DNA of 64,000 nucleotides from Octopus vulgaris. Its lineage: Eukaryota. The first letter of the stretch is position 1, and every line of letters begins with the position of its first letter. The position numbers and the translations under genes were made by a program. Below the pieces are notes generated by a model. It searched no databases. It had not been told where the DNA came from and saw nothing but the letters and a program-made list of their open reading frames with translations. The DNA is taken from the NCBI GenBank assembly GCA_951406725.2, contig OX597827.1, positions 47,740,001-47,804,000 of the forward strand, in the 5' to 3' direction. Shown here piece by piece: positions 56,621 to 64,000 of this stretch.

Positions 56621-58010
56621 GTAAATGATTAAGATAGTGCAGTTTATGGCATGTATGGCATCGTCTAGATTTGTGTAGGTTACATCCTTTGTGGAGTTTG
56701 ATGCTTTTATTGGGTTAAATGCTCTCGCTTCCTTTGAGATTTCCCCATCAATATCTCGCGCATATTTACTGTTCATACTGATGAGGTAAACGCACACCAT
56801 TACTTCCTCGATTTCATTGCTTCTCACCTCTATTCGGACAATTAAGAAGTGGGTAGAATATCGATTGTTTATATTCTGCTTCTTGACATAAGCATCTTCA
56901 GAATTCCACTACCTATTAAAAATAGACAAAAGACGACAAAAATAAATCCTAATATATTAATGTCTATGTCAGCAACGAATATGTTCATGTGAGGAATAAA
57001 AAAACAAACATTGATAACGCTAATAGCGTTCCAAATTTAATACGGGAGTTAACTACCCAAGATAGAATTTGAACACCGTGTATTAAGGTAACGAATTGAG
57101 ATTTATACTGTTTTAAACTGAAGTTCATCTCCAAAGGCGAATTTTCTTTTAACCACTTATGTGATAATCTCATTATTTGCCGTGTACTTATCATTCGTCC
57201 TGCAGTATAAAGATTGAAGTAAATGAAACAGATTTAATAATATGACTACGGAAGATTAAGTATTCTCCTTTATCTATAAATAAACTATTTACATATTAAG
57301 AAATATTACTTCTAAGTATTTATCTTGCTCTTGTTCGTTGCACTTTGTAAGGATTAAAGTAAATATTTCATAAAGACTTTTAATGTTTTCAAATATGTCC
57401 ATTTGTAGAAGTAATGCGTGCTCTTTTCCCAGTCTGCCATTAAATCACTTTTGTTCAGAGGATAATATAATGGGCTAAACATAAACATTTAATCAACTGA
57501 ATTGCTCCGTTGGTGTTTATAGTCACATCCTTCGAGAAAATTTTGCTGGAATAAATTGATATATTGTGAGTGTTTTCTTTTTTTCGTTACTCTTTATTCA
57601 TTAAACATATAATATACTGTTTCCATTTAAAAACTTAATCGAAAATCATATTTAGAAGAGAAAGAATAAACACGGTTGTAATAGCGAAGAAAGCGTACGT
57701 AGGTTGCTGCTTGAGAGATGTAATGTATTCATTTCAGCATGCTGTGTTTCAGTAGTTTCAAAGTGAATACTCCTATCAGACAATCTACTTTACAGCCATT
57801 TTCAGTTTGTTTAATATGCACTATTATTGTAAGAATTCAGAAATATAATGTGAATATTACTATTAATTTTAAAGCATCCTTAATTCATAGGGATGTCTGA
57901 AAAACGTTTCTGAAATAACAGAATATATGAGATATGACAGTCAATAAAAATTATGTTGTATACTTGAAATGTATTACAATATCTTATATAATATAAGACA
58001 TCATTATTGC

Positions 58011-58082
<72 letters not shown>

Positions 58083-58083
58083 A

Positions 58084-58151
<68 letters not shown>

Positions 58152-58181
58152 CATCATCATCATCATCATCATTACTATTAC

Positions 58182-59537
58182 AGATTAGGCTTTTGGAAAA
58201 CAAAAATGTTCTAACGTCGGGTTACAGCAAATAACTGTAGATGCCAACAACCCTTCTAAGTATCTTACTTGTCCCTAATAATACTGTTTTCTGGAGTTTT
58301 ACTAAACTATTTTTAGTACTATTGTACTAAACTATTTTTCTATACCTTTCATATTAATTTTGTCATCATTTGTGAATGCAAAGTCAATTATCTGGCACTT
58401 TTTATTCTCGTTATCTACTACTAAATCAAGCCTTCTGCTTCTATTAATATGTCAGTATGAATGTTAAAGTCCCACAGCAACTTATATTTCTTACTTTCTA
58501 GCACATTACTAGGTTCATATTCATACGATTTTTCAGTATGGTAAAATCTTAGCTTTCTACAAAATTCCCTGTGAATTACTCTGCCTAGGATGTCTTTTCT
58601 TGTATTCTTTCTTTGCCAGCATGCTATATTCACTTACTATATGAATAACACTTTCTTCTTTTGATTTGCATAATCTGCATAGCGAATCTATTTGGTTTTT
58701 GTCTATCTTGCCTTTTATCCAATTAGTTCTTCATGCCCGATATTGTGCTGCTACTAGCAAGCTTTCTGTCTCCCTTTCCAGCCTTCGTTTTTGCAAACAT
58801 AACCATGTCTCACTACCACTATTTGCTACAACTATCTTTGGGAATCTACCTGCCAGTCAAATAACTTTCTTCTTTATTTTCGGATTTCAACTTCATTCAC
58901 TATTCCCTACATAGGAGTCTATATCTGCTATAGCTAACTGTACGTAATCTTCTACTAATATTAACCCTCTTCCACGTTCCGTTTTAGGTAAGTATAATCT
59001 TTCTACACCACCCCTTGGGTGGAGACCTCCATTCATATTGAGTTCTTCTTGGTTTTTCTGTCTAGCTTTGCTAATTTAGATTTTGTCCAATCTTCAAAAG
59101 CTGCTGAGTATCTAAGTAATGATACCTTCACTAGATTCGGATCATTTAGCTTTGATTCATAAACATCCTCATTCTTCTGACGTACTCCTTCTCAATATTG
59201 TCTTTCATTTCCGTCAGATTCTGGTAATCCTACATACATATAACTCTCTCCTCCTTTCAATGATTTTAATGTCTGGCCATCTGATAATTGGATGCCTTCC
59301 CTGTTGACTACCTGTCTTCTTCTCATGACTAATATTGCACACTTATCCATGCCAAATTCCATGCCTATAGCTTGGCTAAAATTTCTTACATTTATGTTGT
59401 GGAAATGCTTAATTTTCCTATTCTAATTCTAAACTGGCACCCAACCTTTCCCTTCCTTAATACTAAACTGAGGGGGATCAAACATAAGACAAATATTAAA
59501 GTGAACGTCGAGTCTCCTTGGAAAATTTCCCACTTGA
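58182..59537 (-). mobile_element. R4/Dong-clade retrotransposon fragment (RT 3' part to REL)
   Basis: IFQGDSTFT, GMEFGMDKCA, MNG.LHP.GGVE.LYL and IHREFCRKL..YEYEPSNVLESKKYKLLWDFNIHTD. (ATT)n on both sides. Confidence 0.85.
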
Positions 59538-59555
59538 TATTATTATTATTATTAC

Positions 59556-59652
<97 letters not shown>

Positions 59653-60004
59653 TTATCATTGTTCGCAAAATCTAAGGAATGCTGGGAAAATGCTTTACGT
59701 TATTTCATCTAATACTTTACGTTGCATTCCTTCGGGGATTATAAACTAAATTATCTGTCAAATACAGGACTCGATGGAATTGGCTAATCAGTGACTCTTA
59801 ATTACGTTATCATTTAATCCCTTTCTCGAGGCCATCAGATGTCTTTCTACAGCAATTTATTTTTACTAAACGAGTAACATATAACCCACCGCGCAATGAC
59901 GAATATTATAATTCCAGTCAGGAAACTTTTGAATTCCCTCTCATTTTATTCTCAAGCGGCGAGTAATATTATGTAATTACTAATATTATCACTTATCACT
60001 ATAC

Positions 60005-60061
<57 letters not shown>

Positions 60062-60062
<1 letters not shown>

Positions 60063-61010
60063 GAGAGCGAATGCAGATATCGACAAAGCCCTGACCCATC
60101 AATGGCTAATGGCCTCTGGCTTAAAATCTGAAACAGAGGGGTTTATCATAGCAGCTCAAGATCAATGCCTACCAACAAGAAACTACCAGGCCAACATATT
60201 AAAGATCAGAAGCAGTCCAACGTGTCGTGTATGCAAGCAACAAAATGAAACCATTGACCATGTGGTCTCCAAGTGCAGTCTTCTAGCGCCTACAGAGTAT
60301 CTCAACAGGCACGATAGAGCTGCACAATATATTCACTGGGTAATCTGTAAAAACCTGGATTTGCTCCATGAAAAAAACTGGTGGGAACACAAACCACCTC
60401 CAGTGCTTGAAAATAACCACATCTCACTCCTCTGGAACTTCACCATTCAAACTGACAGGAAGATAGATGCAAATAGGCCAGACATCATATTGAAAGACTT
60501 CAAACAAAGAACATGCCTCCTCATTGATATGACTGTCCCAATCGATATAAACGTATCTGTCAAGACCTACCAAAAACTGAGCAAATATAAAGATCTTGAA
60601 ATAGAAATCAGCAAAATGTGGAAGCTGAAGACTAAAACAATACCCGTTGTCATAGGTGCCCTGGGAATGATAGCAAAAGGGGCTGATAGCTACCTAACTC
60701 AGATACCAGGAAACCCAAAAATGGCAGAAGTTCAAAAGATAGTGCTCATGGGAACTGCTCATATCCTACGCAAAATACTCTCTATGTAATCTCAAGGTTT
60801 AAAACAAACATAATTTTCGGTTTAAAAAAAAAAACAAAAAAAAACCTTTTTTTTTATTTTAGACATTCATTAGTACAACATCCCCACCCCCCAAATATAT
60901 GGCACACTAGGCATAACCACAACATGAACTTCCAAACCTGTTGTCTCTTGAGGTCTCTGGGTGAGACTTGGAGCCAACTTGTACAAATATAAAGCAAAAG
61001 TCAAACATAG
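60062..61010 (+). mobile_element. 5'-truncated R4/Dong-clade retrotransposon with 3' UTR, flanked by (AAT)n
   Basis: (AAT)n at 60007-60061 and 61011-61028; contains an uninterrupted ORF. Confidence 0.9.
60109..60789 (+). CDS. C-terminal portion of R4/Dong retrotransposon ORF: CCHC zinc knuckle plus restriction-like endonuclease
   Basis: AAQDQ, CRVC..ETIDHVVSKC, RHD, RPDII..LIDMTVP..K..KY and PVVIGALG. The ATG is internal to a truncated element. Confidence 0.88.
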   Translation: MASGLKSETEGFIIAAQDQCLPTRNYQANILKIRSSPTCRVCKQQNETIDHVVSKCSLLAPTEYLNRHDRAAQYIHWVICKNLDLLHEKNWWEHKPPPVLENNHISLLWNFTIQTDRKIDANRPDIILKDFKQRTCLLIDMTVPIDINVSVKTYQKLSKYKDLEIEISKMWKLKTKTIPVVIGALGMIAKGADSYLTQIPGNPKMAEVQKIVLMGTAHILRKILSM

Positions 61011-61028
61011 AATAATAATAATAATAAT

Positions 61029-61433
61029 TTGTCTTGGTATAAAAGATGGGCTACTGCAAATATTCTGCTCAATACCACAGATTTGCTTGTCAGTTGTTTG
61101 ACCTTAACCAGTTGACCATATCCCTTAGTGGCTGACGGTATGTGCATCTCTGACCATGAGCAGAAGTAGTGGGGGAGCATCATAGCCATGTGTTGAAAGG
61201 TATTCTTAGAGTTTTGGATAATTCACTTCTGGAAACATGGGTGGTTCATTCAACATCCTTAAACAATCCTTTTAAGCGAGATGGGCCCCACCTGTAAGGT
61301 CATGCGCTGTTTATATTGATATGAGATCACCATGTTGCGCACACATGGATGTGATGGTAGTCAGGATGGGTATACTGGACTTCGTATATTTTACCCCAGT
61401 TTCACTTGGATGGCATGCACTGCTCTCTCACTC
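61029..61433 (+). mobile_element. Probable non-autonomous or 3'-UTR fragment inserted in the same (AAT)n tract
   Basis: Bounded by (AAT)n on both sides; no ORF. Confidence 0.45.
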
Positions 61434-61445
61434 AATAATAATAAT

Positions 61446-61524
<79 letters not shown>

Positions 61525-61699
61525 CCTTTCTACTACATGCACAAAGTCTGAAATTGTAGGGGAGGCGACTAGTCAATAACAGCAATCCTAGTGCTTAATT
61601 GGTATTTATTTTATCGACTCCGAAGTAACGCTAAGCATTTCGTCTGGCAGGGTAACGATTCTGTGAGCTTTTCGCTTTGTTAAAGAGAAAAAGAATAAT

Positions 61700-62290
61700 C
61701 CTTCCTAGCATAGTCGATAAGGGCTTGGCCAAAGAGGAGTCTATGTGTCTCCTAGTCCTTTCAACCGCGTCCACTACATTAACTCTTTCGCTAAAACAAT
61801 AAGAAAGTGGAAAACTGCCTTCCCTTCCCGGTCAACAAAAGGTGTCGGAGCGTGCGATCTTCACGACAAACAACCAAATCCCTGTTACAGGCGTCGACAG
61901 CTGTTCAACGAAAGTTTACAAGTCAGTGATGTCCGGACACTGGTCGAATGCTCGCAGAGCGGTTTTATCGACCTGCGCACATCTCCGACAGGTCAGTTTG
62001 ATTGCATTTCCGTACCTGTAGAGATCATCTTGAAACGGCAGAGGCTTCAGGTAACACTGTCAGGTCAGGGATTTATGGAAATAATCCACAAGGAATCCAT
62101 ATGTCCAGTGACAAAAGCCCTCCGGGGAAGAAAATGTTAATAGATATCTCCCGACGCCCAAAGTTTCTTCGAGATCATTGTCGCACTTAACTGCCACCAA
62201 TCTCCTAGATAACTCCACTCTGGAACTTCCACTGACCGCATTGCCTGAGTAGCAGAGGGATACCAGCGCTTGCCGATACACCAGGTGCTC
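61700..62290 (-). mobile_element. L1/Tx1-type LINE ORF2 C-terminal fragment
   Basis: DYFHKSLT..CYLKPLPFQDDLYRYG..LTCRRCAQVDKT..AF.QCP..DL..FVEQL is a degenerate C-terminal zinc knuckle. Confidence 0.6.
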
Positions 62291-63879
62291 AGTCTACGCT
62301 TGATTCAGCACTAAATGCTTTGCCTGAGTCTCATGGGAGACTGAGCCGCTTGCGCAGTAGCATTATGCATGACCAAAATACCTACCTGCTAGTAAATGAC
62401 GAAAATAATTACCCCTCAAAGCTTACGATCAATTAATTACATGTCACACAACCGAGTATAACATACTCACATTCATCTTTCAGATGTATAACAAAATAGG
62501 CCGTTTTTGACGGATAACAAGATATTCTCCAGTGAACAAAGAGTTGTCAACGTGTTCACATAGTTTTAACCAATTGGATGGTCCTTCACGACTGCCATAA
62601 ACGACGCAAATATCTTTTATTTGCCTGTATTAATTGCAAAAATGTGTTTCAAATGAGACTTGTGAACTTCCTGCAGATATCGTTGGAATTAGAGGAATGT
62701 TACCAGTATCATTATTCCGAACAAAATCGAATTTTAATGTAATGAAATGATGTTAAACAACAATGCAATAAAGTTTGTTTTCTAAAATCTTCGAATGTTC
62801 TCTTCGTATTATTTTCCATTCACCACTGATTCGTGAGAAAGAACCATGCATCACTTTTCCACGACGTGCAATAGCACATTTTCAGTATGAGATGTGCTAA
62901 TTGGCCGAAATCTTTCCTCACTATTCACCTCACTTTTATTGTTTACAGTCAGTTTTGGATGGATATAAAATCTTAATTCGTATGGATTCTGCTAAATACT
63001 GTAAAAAAAATACTTTGGCCTGTCTTCTACCATACACATTTCATTCTACATCTATACTGAAAATTAAAAGACGATTGTTATGAAGAGCAGTAATCTCAGA
63101 GTTAATTATATCAGGATTGTAGCCGATTTAAGTTCCCCTTATCCAAACTGAACGCACCCCACCAAATAAAAAAAAACGACAACTACACGATACATGGTAT
63201 AGAACACCTGAAATTAAAAAAAGTTTTCCAACTATCGCCTTATATTTTCTTCGGTGCTCAACCGATTCTGAGGGCTAGACAGGAATTTATTATGTAATAG
63301 TTGCTTTATAACTGAATCGAAATTGCATAGAAACCGAAAATAATTACTATGAAATTGGTTAAATTCTTCCAATAGATGTAAATAATAAAGATAAGCAAAA
63401 TTATGAAACGCCATAGTATTTCTTCTATATTAATCAAACCATTTTTATAGTTAACAACTATAAGCTGCTCATAAAATTTCAGTGGATTATTGGATAATGG
63501 AATAATATATAATTGATGCTTTTTTATATATATTTCCCATGAGTATCAAAATATTTATATTTGTAGAGAAATACGAAGAATAGTAATTTAAATAATTATG
63601 CAGCTGAATGGGTGTAATAAACTTCAAAATAAATAGTTATATAATACAATAGATGAATGCTATATTAGAATTAGATATCAAACGTATTCAATACATAAAA
63701 AGCAAAAATATCAACAGCGACTCAGAGAGACAGAGGAACAATTCAATTACACAATCACACACATTCACATATATATATGTATGTATACACACGCACGCAC
63801 TCTCACAACACACACACATATACATATGTACATATATATACGTATAAGTATATATAAATATATATATATATGTATATGC

Positions 63880-63910
<31 letters not shown>

Positions 63911-64000
63911 CATACATACATACATATATATATTTCTCTCTCTCATACACACAAAGAAACATAGACACAGACACACACACAATTATCTTATTAAGTCGGT

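Noticed and set aside
61745-62140. 131-aa plus-strand ORF
   Set aside because: It is antisense to the L1/Tx1-type fragment, which explains the sequence.

Overview
This is AT-rich, microsatellite-dense, non-coding eukaryotic DNA. The SINE repertoire suggests an octopus/cephalopod genome (inference), and no host-gene exon can be supported. Almost all track ORFs are translations of (TA)n, (CA)n, (AAT)n or (CTAT)n. The window contains three tRNA-derived SINE families (about 30 copies). Six R4/Dong-type non-LTR retrotransposon fragments all sit in (AAT)n tracts in the same relative orientation. There is also an L1/Tx1 fragment, Tc1 and hAT relics, a hAT MITE and Helentron-like elements. The main signal is a set of short non-coding elements, mostly inserted in (TA)n tracts, that carry minimal hammerhead ribozymes (HHRs) with palindromic helix III, typical of Penelope-like pseudo-LTRs and retrozymes. 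I read about 12 complete or near-complete motifs from at least six families. These include a 479-nt tandem-plus-inverted unit with three identical HHRs, a recurrent CUGUNGA core variant and a U3-A8 compensatory core. A 909-nt unit carries HHR strands in a non-circularly permuted (scrambled) order. All RNA structures were folded by eye, and activity is untested.
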